This document shows, one piece after another, positions 49,901-62,690 of a stretch of DNA of 64,000 nucleotides (the first letter of the stretch is position 1; each line of letters opens with the position of its first letter). The stretch comes from Haliotis rubra (Eukaryota): the NCBI RefSeq assembly GCF_003918875.1, contig NW_025766237.1, positions 930,001-994,000 of the forward strand, read 5' to 3'. The notes under the pieces are model-generated. The model saw nothing but the letters and a program-made list of their open reading frames with translations. It searched no databases and was not told the DNA's origin. Position numbers and translations under genes: made by a program.

Positions 49901-52900
49901 TGAAGCTATGAGACTTGGAGTCACTGATGATATAGAGGTCGTTGTCAATCTCAGGCCCTCAGAAAACAGTTCCATGCAGTGTAGAGGAAATTTCCTTGCA
50001 TTAAACGCCGGTGTATGACCTTGGTGTCTAGTAGCATTCACGAATGCTGATTGAGGTTCGACGAAACCTGAAATATCGGTTTTATTGGCAGGATCGCCTA
50101 TCGATTCCATTGGCGTAGATTGACTGACAGGTTGTATTTCTGTTGAGCACTGTTGTTGTTTCATGCTAAAACCACTTGTGTAACATTAGCCACAAAATCC
50201 TGGTCTAATGGTAGTGTAGTATTACCCAGAGGGTTTGCGAATGCTTGTGATTTAGTCATATTACTCCATTGATGACATTGAGTGGATGCGTTCGCCATTC
50301 GCAGATGTATTCTCTCTCTGAGCTAGTAGAGATAAAGTTGATTCATTACTAGTCGACTGGTTCGCAATAGTAGAACAAGTTGACTGAGGTGACACCGGTT
50401 GATCGTTAACTGAAGAGTTTTACAAACTCTGATGTTGTAGACGACGATCTACGTTGAGACAAGTGTTTTCATGATTGTTTCTGTTATGATGATCTGCTGT
50501 TTGAGAACCGGGGATGATCAATATAATGTCGTCAAAGCATTCTCGAATGATGTAACTACATTTGTAGACTTTGTTGATCTGGCTGAATGATGTGATGTAG
50601 ATTTTGACGTTGATGCCTTCCTTGATGACGTAGACAATCTCTTTTTCTTAACTAACCTCTGCAGCTCAATTTCTTCCCTAAAAGGGGACTTCATCTTAGG
50701 GCAAGGTGTGTAGCTGTCTCTGTAACAGCGACAGAGACAAGAGAAACCACGGAAGGAATCTCCAAAGATTGCACCAACAACTCACACTCTGATGCTTGAT
50801 AGGCACCCATATCAGCAGCTGCCCTGCTATCACGTTTCTTTGTCTCCATTAGCTTGTGTAAACGTGCTAAGAAATAATTATTAAATTGAAATGATGATTA
50901 TGAGCGTGATATTTACATCGTGATACTAAAGAGCATGAATGAATGGTACAGAAAGAACACACAGGGTGTGGATCAACCGCTGAAAATCATAGCCTGCATT
51001 GTTGACACGCCATCATATGTAAACAGTTACCTGCAATCGAGTGTAAAACACAACAGTTAGTTAAAATTTTCGCCTAAATGTTAACATTGTGAAGATAATA
51101 TATACAGCTTAAATACAATTCACAGCCTTAATTTGGATAAAGAGGCCGAAATATAAAGGATATTAGCTGCAACAGAGACCCATAACGACTGTCCAATCGT
51201 CTGCTTGGGCGATGAAGGAGAGAGTGATGAGAGCTAGGCTGAGGTCACCTGGAACCGTTTGGGCAGGAAAGGGGAGGCTACTCGTGGGTGAGAGATATTA
51301 CGATCGCTTCAGGGAATTGAAAGGGATTCAGGTTTCCACTTAACCATCAAAAGGAGAAGGGAGATAAGCAATAAGCATGAGTCGGGATACGGAAAAACTA
51401 GATTTTTTTTCTGATTATGATTCTGGCTCATCTGGGACATTACATCTTCCTCATGGACGTCACCAAGGACGTAAACATCTTGCCTGCCATGGTCACTTGT
51501 TTTGAATCCTAGATAAATCTCTCATGAAAAACAAATTAAACATATTTAACAGAACAACGGTAAATAAAACAAGTGTAGAAGTGAGCAAAGCTCACATACC
51601 CCCGCTTCCCACTTTGGGACATGGAAATGACTGATATTGATATATAAATGTGACAAGGATCAGCAGCTCACAAGACTTTCTCCTTGACTCTACTAAACTT
51701 TATATACAAGTTAGATAATTGTTTTGCCATGTACTGATTACAGTAATAATTTATGGAAACATTACTTTTTTTGTGTTTTCCGTGGAAACCTGACATACAA
51801 TTGAACTTGTTGCACACAATGAAGTGGACGTAGATGAAGATTGTTATTTTTTAGCACATGGCATATCTGTTGGTCATGATTAACTTGTGTATTATGTTTG
51901 GTGAACCTAGCATGTATAGTTTTGATGATATGCTGTGGCCAGGTAACCATCAAACACATTTTGCACCAAGTCATGTTTCCATGGAAACAACAACAAAACA
52001 AGTTCTGAAAAACATTAAAAAAAATTAAAATAGCAAAAGGCACATCAATGGGTAAATATTAACATGTGTGTGAAGTTTGGTGAACCTAGCATGTAAACTT
52101 TAAGAGATATGCTCCGGACAAAACCATCAAACACATTTGGCACTAAGTCGTGTTTCCATGGAGACAGCAAAAAAAACAATATTCTGAAAAGGCACATCAA
52201 TGGGTAATGATTAACATGTGTGTGAAGTTTGGTGAACCTAGCATGTAAACTTTAAGAGATATGCTCCGGACAAAAAACACCAAACACATTTGGCACTAAG
52301 TCGTGTTTCCATGGAAACAGCAAAAAAACAAAATTCTGGAAAAAAATAAAAATAGCAAAAGGCACATCAATCAACTTTAAGAGATATGCTCCAAACAAAG
52401 TTTCGGGACGGACGGACGGACAGACAGACAGAATGAACGCTATATACCCCCGTTACTTCGTAGCGGGGGTATAATAAGTTACTATTAACAAGATAAAAAT
52501 AAAACACATCAGTTAAAGATATATAAGGGATTTTTATCCACTGAACTGGTATACATATGATAAATGCTACTGTGACAAAGCAAATAACAATGTACCTTAT
52601 AGAATGGCACCATTCCTTCATGTGGAAACTCTTTGGTTGCCGAGATGAGATGGACAAACTTGCTGCGCATCCCTTCTTTATAAAGCTGCTCTGCTACAAT
52701 GCGACTAACATAGTTCTTCCCAGTGCCTGTCCAGCCATGGAAGGAAAGAACAAGCGCCTTGGCAGGCTCAGCAGACTTGATGTGTCCACGGATGTGATTG
52801 GTCACAGCTTTCAGAACAAGGTGTTGGCCATACAGCTTCTCATTAAGCTGCTTTGGGAGACCTGAAGTATGGATTATTTGAATGAAATGGATGTTTACCA

Positions 52901-54644
52901 GTATTTGAGTTGCAAACGCTGCTGCTGTATCCTCATCGTCATTTCGTGAAGGCCTCCAGTGTCATTTTATGCCACTATGCACTCTGTGTCTGATACCATT
53001 TGTGACATGTAAAGTATTGTTTGTTTGTTGTTTAAGAAACTTTAACACATCATTTGGCGAATTCCAGCTATATAATGATGGCTTGTAGTGAGTGAGTCAA
53101 CCAAATTTCAGCCATATTGTGACGAGTGGTGCTCTGTAAACAATTAAGCCTTGTCCAGATAAATCAGTGACTGACATCATGAGCACCGACCTACACAATA
53201 TGGATGACATGCATCAACAAAGACGACAAGACTGATCAGCCTGAGCCCCATTTCACAAAGCGATTGTAGTGTTAAAGTGATTGTAACTCCCATACTTTAA
53301 CATAGACTTACAAAAGTCGTAGTGCTATGATCGCTTTGTGAAACAGGCCCCTGATTATGGCACTATAGAAGTGAATGCATTTTTAAAGGGGGATTTACGG
53401 TAATCTTGGTTAATATCACCTTGCAGAGACTGCTGCCCTTGTTACATTCTTTTCCTTTCATATAGTACTATGACCAGTTTAGTGACAATATATATCTTGA
53501 TTGAGGTATAAGTTTGAAGTCTACAGCCGTCATCATGGTCATACTATGTAAGACCAGAGACCATATATCTATTATATGGTCTCTGGTAAGACAAGTTACT
53601 GTTGTACAAATGACTTCTTTACACTCAATCACAGACAGTGTTGGCTTGCAAACTTGAAACATATCTTTCATAGGACAGGCATGCCGATTCACAATCGAGT
53701 AGCAAACAAATGCACCACAAATGACATAAATAAGGGTTAGAGCCAATTGAATACCACTTCATATCCTGCTGAAAACTAGCCTAACAAGGCTGCTCATAAG
53801 TCATATCTCTATCTGCAGGTTTGGGAAACCTACCAATCGGCCTATAATAGGCCGAACAGGATATTATAGGCCGTTCTGCCTATTTTGCTATAGGCCGATC
53901 CGGCTATATTTGAACATTTTTCTCATTATTTCACAAACTATCAACTTCCACACGAAATGGTTTTATATGATCATAGAGATGAATATTTAATGAACCTCCT
54001 CAGCTTGAAAAACATAAGTTTTTGGACAAAATGGAAATTTATATCATGTTCAGGAAAAGATGTTTCATTAAGAACACAATTTTGCATAGATTTTCCTTTT
54101 GAAAACAAACACTGAATATCTATGTCATTAATTTGCACTGAAAATTGTCAAAAAATATTATAGATTTATATTTCATTAGCAATTTCCAAACTTCTTTATT
54201 ATGTGATGAAAATTCTCAAAAAGGGTTTGAATGAAAACCTTAGGACATCAAACCTTGAATGATGTTAATATCCTCATGCGGAAATGCACCGCTTCAAATT
54301 TATTTGATAAATATCATAATTATAACCTGATCTGAGTTGCACATAATAAAAATATAAATTGTGTAAAGGGTGTGACAACAGATGTAACGGGTATAAAGGC
54401 CAAGGTCAAGTGTGACTGTCTAGAGTAAAGCATCCTCGCCAGTACCTGTGTGGTTGTTGACTATCCAGCGGTCTCCACAGGTTTCAGTAACATAACTCTT
54501 CAAGACATCGAACCCAGAAATGACGGCCGCGGCTACTACTGCAGCGGCAGCGGAAATGCCGGAGATTGGCTCAATACACACAGCCAAATGCAGAAAGCAT
54601 GTACTACTGAGAAAAAATCCCGTAAACAGTACACAGCCTCGCAT
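43935..54644 (-). CDS. TOR1A: Torsin-1-like ER/nuclear-envelope AAA+ ATPase (5 exons)
   Basis: Exons 54644-54446, 52861-52596, 46317-46142, 45198-45074, 44188-43935. Signal peptide plus hydrophobic segment, LYGQHL, non-canonical Walker A GWTGTGKN, Walker B FIFDEMDK, sensor-1 FLSN, sensor-2 GCK, and the conserved EE pair (VIEELSFW). Confidence 0.93.
45276..45628 (-). mobile_element. tRNA-derived SINE family B (~350 bp)
   Basis: Reverse complement of 59405-59751, with A/B boxes and a (cctca)n tail. Confidence 0.9.
46534..51397 (-). mobile_element. Decayed DIRS-type retrotransposon in Torsin intron 2
   Basis: ~200-bp ITRs (46570-46745 vs 51220-51397) and ICR at 46816-46900. RT N-terminus at ~49220-48930 (YWENW..VL*VLREGYEI; PGFYSPIF). 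YR at ~48560-47660 (WDLN, QKTLFLLTLATAARMSEI, CPVRAL, HEVRALAS, WRSDSVFANHCLRD). The central RT/RNase H region is missing. Confidence 0.92.
47139..47597. repeat. 43-bp tandem array (~10.5 near-perfect units) inside DIRS element 2
   Basis: Unit ccataagttaaggcaaggactattaccgaaactgaatcacaac. Confidence 0.97.
51568..52474 (+). mobile_element. HINE-like element with internal ~150-bp tandem core
   Basis: aacaag start with subterminal tacccccg, ~3-4 core repeats (gtgaacctagcatgta), (ggac)n(agac)n, and a 3' hairpin tacccccg..cgggggtataa. This layout is described for molluscan Helentron-associated elements. Confidence 0.75.
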
Positions 54645-56284
54645 TTTTACACATTCATCGGGCGAGCAAGTTTGTTTTCGTTCTTGCCTTTGAGTCCGAG
54701 ATTGACGCGGAAGTGACTTATCTCCCCTTCTTTTGTAGCTCCACACAGAGCGTTAGTGCGCGGAGTTTCATCGATTAGCAGCACGAAGGGGAGCAACTCT
54801 AACAACATAATCACATGACAGCTTTGTGTTGACACCAACTTGTCGAAAAGCTTAAGTCCTGTTTTCTGGAGATGAAATGAAACTATAGCGAGGATCTGAG
54901 GAAAGGTATGTTCATGGATAATGATGCTAGCGTTTCAGGTTCTACTGTGATCCCACCATATATTAGAATTTTATCTTTTTAATTGTAGTAGCAATAATCA
55001 TGTCATTATAAGTTGGTCGCCGCCTGGAGCTGATAGCGGTTGAATGAGCTTGCCAGAAGACAAAACCAGTTCAGTCACGAGATTGGATGTTAGGTTATTT
55101 TAGTAACCAAATCGCAGGGTATGATGTATCATGGGTGTTGATGATGAATAATTGATGAAATTTGGCATTCATAACGGGTGTTGGTGCTGAGAGTTTGAAG
55201 ATACTTCAGTTTTTACACTCAAACGCAAAACTTGTAACAAAGAAGAATAACGATGTATGAACAACTTCGATCTGTATGACTGGAAAGTTTCTATGCAGAT
55301 TCGAACACCTTGCAAATGATGAACAGAAAAGGGATTTAGATACATATACACAAGTGTGAGAAAGAGTTTTTACAGTCAATATGGGGAAGCCAGTTAGCTA
55401 CACAATGCCTAAGGTCAGAGTATAAACACCATTTTCTAAGTGTCTCTCCAAGAAACTACTCACAACAGTTTCATCTCATGGCTATTGTATTAATGGGCTA
55501 CAAATAAAGCGTGACTAACAACCATTATGGATGACACTGAGTCATGTGCAGATGTGGACAACTACTGGTATTCGTACACACAGAGATCTGTACCTTGTAC
55601 ATGTTGTATATGACAGATTCATTCACAAATATTAGATAACATGTAGGTCAGGGATGGGTAAATCTGGGTAGGATGGTTATCATTATTACCCTAGTACCTA
55701 CAGGACTACTCAGACCCAAGGTTAGTCACAGGATATATTCTTCAATGACAGTAAACATTGTTTCACTTCTGTCACACATGTTTTCAGTCTCAATCATGCA
55801 TATTGTAGCCACGTTTTGCATCTGAATTAAATTTGGACCCATCCTAGCAGTATTAGTCACATGCAGATCTAGATGGGATTGCTTGGAGAGCATTTGAAAC
55901 CTATTTCTGATTACATGTGCAAATTTCACAGTTTTCGTTTGGTCTCAACAGGTGGTATGTTTTTAAAGAACGAATAAACTTCGTATTTTTGTACACTTTT
56001 AACCATTACATATGAAAGACTTGTGGTTAGTCTTCAACGGAACACCAAATTCTTTCTTTAAAAAACTTGTGGTTAATTATTTACGAGTGATTAAAAGTTG
56101 CCAAAAAGCCGTCTGCTTCACTCTCGCCTGCCAGCGAAACCACAGAGAGGTTACGTAATTCTGTCACCAGAGCACTGCAGCGAACCGGAAGTGACGTTAT
56201 GGGAGGAAGGATTTGAAGTCAGTTGTCTATAAAGTGTGTAATAAGCTCGTCATTTTGCTGATTTCTCGACGTTTTCATCGAGTA

Positions 56285-56845
56285 AAAAAATCAAAACTAC
56301 TTACCAGTTTTAGTAAAATATGTATATGAATGATGACCAAAAGGATCTTGCATGATACAACTTGTAATATAACAATTTCTTCCTCGGAAGCGAGGTTGTG
56401 GTCAAAGTGACAATAGTATTGTAAGTAGTATTATATTGACACGCACCTTGCTTCCAAGAGAGAAATTGTTATGTTATAAGCTATGTCATGCAAAATCCTA
56501 TTGGCCATCAATCAAATACATATTTTACTACCAGTACAAAGAAACAGTACAAAGTAGTTTTGATTTTGTAACTCGGTGAAAACAAACCTAAATAGCATTT
56601 GTTCTCAGACTGTCGGATGTTCGTGACAGGACGTCGCAATTTTTAAAAATCATAAGTCATGGGCAAAAGTCTGTTCGAGAATAAATGAGATTATGGTTTG
56701 TTTTCATCAAGTCAGAAAATCAAAACTACTTTCTACTCGTAGTTAAATATGTATTTGAATCATGACCAAAAGGATTTTGCATGACACAACTTGTAACATA
56801 ACGATTTCTTCCACGGAAGCGAGGTGGAGGTCGAAGTGACAATAT
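56285..56845. repeat. ~280-bp imperfect palindrome plus a third direct copy of one arm
   Basis: aaatcaaaactact..gaagcgagg (56288-56395) is mirrored at 56445-56567 and repeated directly at 56717-56845. Confidence 0.75.
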
Positions 56846-57739
56846 TGAGAAAGCCACAATAACTCGTTGTGCCTAGTGGCTGCAAGAGTTGTATACTCCC
56901 CCTAGGGAGTTGAGATTGATAACATGATGTGCCTTTGAGATTGACATCCAATGATCGAGGGAAAAAATACCAGCGCCTTGAGCAAGCACTAGTTGCCTAA
57001 ATAAATATTGTATAATAATATTAATAATAATATTGTGCAATAAATTTCTTGCTACATTAACGTCCACTCACCACTATGTAGATACTAGTTGATCGTGATG
57101 AGCGAGGCTGATCATAGTTTTCACTATCACTAGCGTCTGGCTCGAACAATTAAGGCCTAGCGATTGTTTCTTCATTGAAGATTCAATGGAAAGATTGTCG
57201 CTGTCTGAATTACTTCTGGACATGATACAGTCTGCTTTGTACAGAAATGCCAACCCACTGAATTAACCATATTGAAATCACTTGACATAAATGGTAACAA
57301 AAGCCAGAGCTAGCCAACAGGTAACGGGTATGACAAGCGATGTTGACAGAATTGTCTATGAAAACAAGTTGTAATTTGGAAGCTAGGCAAAGCAGGTGAC
57401 AAGATTAAATGACAGTAGATTGTGAAAACATAAAGCTTTCACTTTTCACAACAATTGTCACGATTTCAGGTTTAGACAAACCTGTAAACAAGATAATTTA
57501 TCCCTGGAAATGTACATGAATTCTACAGTGCCCCTCATATTAATACCTCACATTACGTCACGGAGACACGCCCCTTCTGATTGGTTGAAATTTCGTTTGA
57601 GGGAGAGAATTGTGCAGTGTTGTCAGAAAGGTTGATTTAAGTTAATTAAGGGTCGAAATGAGTAGTTTTAATGACGGGGTTTGATTAAAACTATGCCATT
57701 AAAAGATTTATGCATGTGTACCCCCCTAGAGTATATGTG

Positions 57740-58383
57740 ATCTTTAACGGTTATAATTACCAACATTTCTTTTCAGAAAGTTGTTACACTTAGAAAGGTC
57801 TTTCACCTGGTCTGGGAAAAGTTTCATTGCATCATAACTCTCAACAATCTTTAACGGTTATAATTACCAACATTTCTTTTCAGAAAGTTGTTACACTTAG
57901 AAAGGTCTTTCACCTGGTCTGGGAAAAGTTTCATTGCATCATAACTCTCAACAATCTTTAACGGTTATAATTACCAACATTTCTTTTCAGAAAGTTGTTA
58001 CACTTAGAAAGGTCTTTCACCTGGTCTGGGAAAAGTTTCATTGCATCATAACTCTCAACAATCTTTAACGGTTATAATTACCAACATTTCTTTTCAGAAA
58101 GTTGTTACACTTAGAAAGGTCTTTCACCTGGTCTGGGAAAAGTTTCATTGCATCATAACTCTCAACAATCTTTAACGGTTATAATTACCAACATTTCTTT
58201 TCAGAAAGTTGTTACACTTAGAAAGGTCTTTCACCTGGTCTGGGAAAAGTTTCATTGCATCATAACTCTCAACAATCTTTAACGGTTATAATTACCAACA
58301 TTTCTTTTCAGAAAGTTGTTACACTTAGAAAGGTCTTTCACCTGGTCTGGGAAAAGTTTCATTGCATCATAACTCTCAACAAT
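57740..58383. repeat. 107-bp tandem array, 6 identical units
   Basis: tctttaacggttataattacc starts at 57741, 57848, 57955 and so on. I saw no differences between units. Confidence 0.97.
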
Positions 58384-59224
58384 GCTCAATAACATGTTCT
58401 ATTGGAAGGTGTTGTTTTATTTATATGTTCCTGCAGTAATCAAACTAGTAATAGTGGATAATCAGTAATCATACTAATAATAGTGCAACAATACACACAT
58501 GGTGACATAAACCCCTACTGTTTTAATATATATATTTTAAAATAATAATTGTAGTTCATTAAAAGTGTCAGGGAAATATTCATGAATATTGATCTATCTT
58601 TATAAGGAATTAACTGTACACTTTGTAAATGAACAATGGATGTTGTGACACATATTTAAGATAGGTACACATGTGTGATCAAGACCAGTGCAAGATGAAT
58701 GACATGTATGATGGTGGTGATTACCTTGATCTACATACCTACATTAACTAAAACAGGTGATAACAAATACTCCAGCTGATGGCATTGATAACCACCCAGT
58801 TATCTGGTTATCACAGTTATGAAGTCACCTGTATCATATATCCCTATCTTGCCCAGTGGTATTCATATTAGTTTTAATCACCTGTCCATGCATTGTGGGA
58901 GTGAAGTGTGGCAGTTTTAGTGACATCCTTTTGATCTTGATATAGGACATTTACTTTGTATTTCAGAGGTACAGATAAGCTGCGTCAATTATGCAAATGT
59001 TTATGTGAAAACTCAATTCCTATTTCGTCTATTGCATACACGTTCGCTTGAATTTTTGAAAATACTCAATAAATGTGATCTTACATGTGTACACACAAAC
59101 ATGTCAAATCTTAGCTTGTGTACTGGTGGATAGATAAAATAACTCAGGTATATTGAGAGGTTCTATTTCAGGACATGAACTTGGCAACTTGCAGTCTTTC
59201 TTATCGTTTCTCATATTACAGAGA

Positions 59225-59751
59225 GGGGCGGTGGGGTAGCCTAATGGTTAAAGCGTTGGCTCGTCACGCCGAAGACCCGGGTTCGAATCCCCACATGGGC
59301 ACAATGTGTGAAGCCCATTTCAGGTGTCCCCCGCCGTGATGTTGCTGGAATATTGCTAAAAGCGGCGTAAAACCAAACTCAGTCAGTCAGTCATATTACA
59401 GAGACCGCCTCCGTGGTGTAGTGGTTAGAGCGTCAGCCCAGAGAGCAGAAGGTAGCGGGTTCGATCCCCGACCGCGTCATACCAAAAGACGTTTAAATCT
59501 GGTACTTGTTGGTCCCTGCATGGCGTTCGGCATTTATGGGTAAAACAAGGACTGGTCGGCTCGGAGTCAGTATAATGTGTCTGAGTGGGGTATTCATGCT
59601 TCACTGTGGCATGGTATCTCATTGGGCTAGCACTATAAAACCAGCTTCAGTCTGGGCTAGTACAAGCAGCAGCACATACACATGCACGTCGTCATATGAG
59701 CGAAATATTCTCAAGTACGGCGTTGAACCCAATTTCACCTCACCTCACCTC
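59225..59751 (+). mobile_element. Adjacent SINE A (59225-59390) and SINE B (59405-59751)
   Basis: SINE A is flanked by the 14-bp TSD tcatattacagaga. catattac recurs a third time after the SINE B tail. Confidence 0.9.
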
Positions 59752-61711
59752 ACATATTACTGATCAAATATAAATAACTAACATTTAAACTTTATTATAT
59801 TTTTACATTTAATAGAAATGGCAAAATACCCAGTTGAGTTTGAGTGAGGTGAGTACAATGTATTTGGTTACTCAAAGAAAAATTAGGATACCCAGATGAG
59901 ATGAACACAAGCGGGTACATAACTCAATGACCCCAAAAGTTATCTGTAGCTCTGTATTTGTTATAACAAATTAAATATCATGGAGGTTTAGTTTAAATTA
60001 CCCTAATAAACGTATTTACTGTGGAAATTGCTGTGTCTATTTAATATGGTTGCAACAAATACAAGTTTTACAAATATACACTAATGAATGTGGATATTAA
60101 TTCATGAATACTTTGTTTAATAAAAAAACCTAAAAATAATAAAAATACAAATAACAGACTTGTCACATAATTGCTTAAGTTGAAATATATAATGATATTT
60201 TCTGTAAAGCAAAAAAAGCAATGCATTGCGATACCATTATGTTTTACGAATGTATAGTAACGAATATAAATATTTATTCATGAATACTTTGTTTGATATA
60301 AAATAAAAAAAATAACAAACATGTCTTGTAATTGCTTAAGTTGAAACATATGAATAATATTTTGTGTAAAGCGAAAAAAAGAAATACATGTGGAATAATG
60401 CTGCTTATACTTTTTATAGACAAATGACAGTCCTGTAAACTAACGCAAGTTACACTACTGCATGGCTTGGATACGTTCCATTTTGTGTATCTCACTTAGA
60501 TAACAACAAACTAGTAAAAACACTACTCATGTCGACTTTCTGTATCAGAATGACTGATGTCTGTTGATGCTGGGAAAAAACAATGGTATCTGAAAGCTTA
60601 TTCTATTCATACCGCTTAAAAAAAATAGGGTCGGCACCAGAATTATACAGAAGCGTAACCTAAATTCGTGGATAACCTTGATTCGTGGATCGCGGAAATT
60701 ATCATGCTTGCTCGTAAATTTAGTTTTGACTGATGTCACAAAGCGGCACTTTTGATGTACACACAATGCCACGCCTTGCTGACAAAAAAAGTTCCGAATC
60801 TCTGCATTACACACAAGTACACTAAATATAATTGTCCAGCATTGGGATAAATAGCCCCAAATCACTAATACCATCATTACCAAATTTTCTTTTTACAAAA
60901 TGTCAAGTGAAAAGGATACCGTTAGCTCCAACATTCTCACTTCTCGTTGTCTGCTTTCCTTGGTGTCAATACTTACAGCAGTGGGATGTCGTACATAGTG
61001 GTATAAAGTAACCGACTACGTAATCCACGAAACAAGGTGAGGTCACATTTTGTGGGCACACGACTAGGTGATGATTGCAAATGGCTTCCGTAAACAAACG
61101 TTTCATTCATGAGTGGAATATTAGGCATTTTCAATTTGCTGAATCATTGAATAAAATAATCAGTGCATATACAAAATGAAATCATTCATTTAAAATATGA
61201 ATGTCGCCGTACTTCCCGTACATCAACAAATCAAGGTTACGCAAGTGTAATTAATAAATTGATATGGTGCTGCATTATTTCTACTTAGACTTTGCACTCA
61301 GATTTCATTCTCAGCCTCTGGAGTATCCAAAGGTTGTGTGGCTTAAGGAAAATGGGTGTCTGTAATAAGTATGTTGTTGCAGTTTTTAAAGCGGTTGCCA
61401 TGTTTACTTGTGTTATTCTTCATGCTCTCAATGTGTATGTTAGGCCCATCATCCTGCATTCATGCATCCCATTTCACCTGATATAAAGAGACCCCAGGGT
61501 CTTTTATCATGTTTATTTTGTTGAATGTATTATCATGATTATTGTTACTGGACCTCATTTGGACCATAATTGTATTTTGACAACACCATATGTGAGCGTA
61601 GTTACAGGTCTACCAACGTGTTTGACACAACTTCATCGCAGTTCAATTTTTACACGCCTTCTGTTAGTTATTGTTAGTTATTCACTGGTTTGTTGTCGTA
61701 ACCTGTTGTAG

Positions 61712-61952
61712 CAGGGGTGGAAATAACTTTAAAATTGCTAGTGTACTCTGGTACAGTGGCACATGTGAAATCACTTGCCCTGAAAATTTTTCCACTATAC
61801 TGGCCGTTTTCCTGTTGAATTTTTAAAATAAACAACATAATTAACTTTGGAAAGTCAACTGGACGCCGGTACAGTGTGATATACGAATTTGCTTGCCCGA
61901 CAGAAAAAACCACTGGACTCGGACGTCGGGCAATGGGTTATTTCCACCCCTG
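61712..61952. mobile_element. hAT-like MITE with 5-bp TSD (copy 2)
   Basis: caggggtggaaataac...gttatttccacccctg, TSD tgtag. Confidence 0.88.
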
Positions 61953-62040
61953 TGTAGGCTGATTTACATGCATCAAATTAAATTTTATAGAAGTTTGTGA
62001 CTTCATGTTTTTGCTTTTTTTCAGAACAAGATCACTGAAG

Positions 62041-62206
62041 ATGGCTGCCTTGATTGATTTTGACCACGGCCTTCTGTTTGGTAACAACACAAATGGCAGC
62101 AGCATACCCGTGTATCCTCAATACCTGGGTTTCATCAGTTGTGTCGTATCAGCGACATTTTATGGCACAAACTTTATCCCAGTCAAGAAGTTTGAAACAG
62201 GAGATG
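62041..62206 (+). CDS. TMEM144: Transmembrane protein 144, first coding exon (gene continues beyond window)
   Basis: MAALIDFDHG...LGFISCVVSATFYGTNFIPVKKFETGD(G) matches the TMEM144 N-terminal G.NF.P.KK..TGDG motif. Acceptor at 62023-24, donor GTAAG at 62207. Confidence 0.85.
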
Positions 62207-62359
62207 GTAAGAATGGAAACAATTGTTTATCACATTTATCATATGTTCATGATTGTTTATTGACATTTTGTACGTGAAGCATATAATAATACTAATAATA
62301 GTCCATATATATTGCACATTTATCCATGCACATTGCATGCTGAAAGCGCTGACATATTA

Positions 62360-62690
62360 CCCCAGTTAACGAGTACAGAACACTCCCTGTAGAGAATACA
62401 ACCAGTAGCCTGTCAGGCTCTCAAGGTTCAAATTCAGACTACCATCGTATCATACCAGGAGCTCAGTTTTACTGCTGGGTGGATAGAGGCAAGTTGGAAC
62501 AAACTCACTTGCCTAAGGTGAGACCACATGTATCACATGTGTTTCGTTGTGGGGCAGGACTGAAGTCCTAGAAACTCTAAGGAGTCAAGCTGCCACACAT
62601 GGTTACCCATCTGAGGACTGACCGCGACCAATGTTGCTTAACTTCAACTGATTGTGACCTGAGCTCTACGCCCCGGACCACACACCGCAT
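62360..62690 (-). mobile_element. SINE-like element containing a 5S rRNA-derived segment
   Basis: Minus strand of 62645-62601 (gaagttaagcaacattggtcgcggtcagtcctcagatgggtaacc) resembles the 5S box A-box C region. It is followed by a CORE-like ccttaggcaag..ccacccagcagtaaa. Confidence 0.55.

Noticed and set aside
62601-62645. Functional 5S rRNA gene
   Set aside because: Only a diverged ~45-bp internal segment, lacking the 5S termini and terminator.
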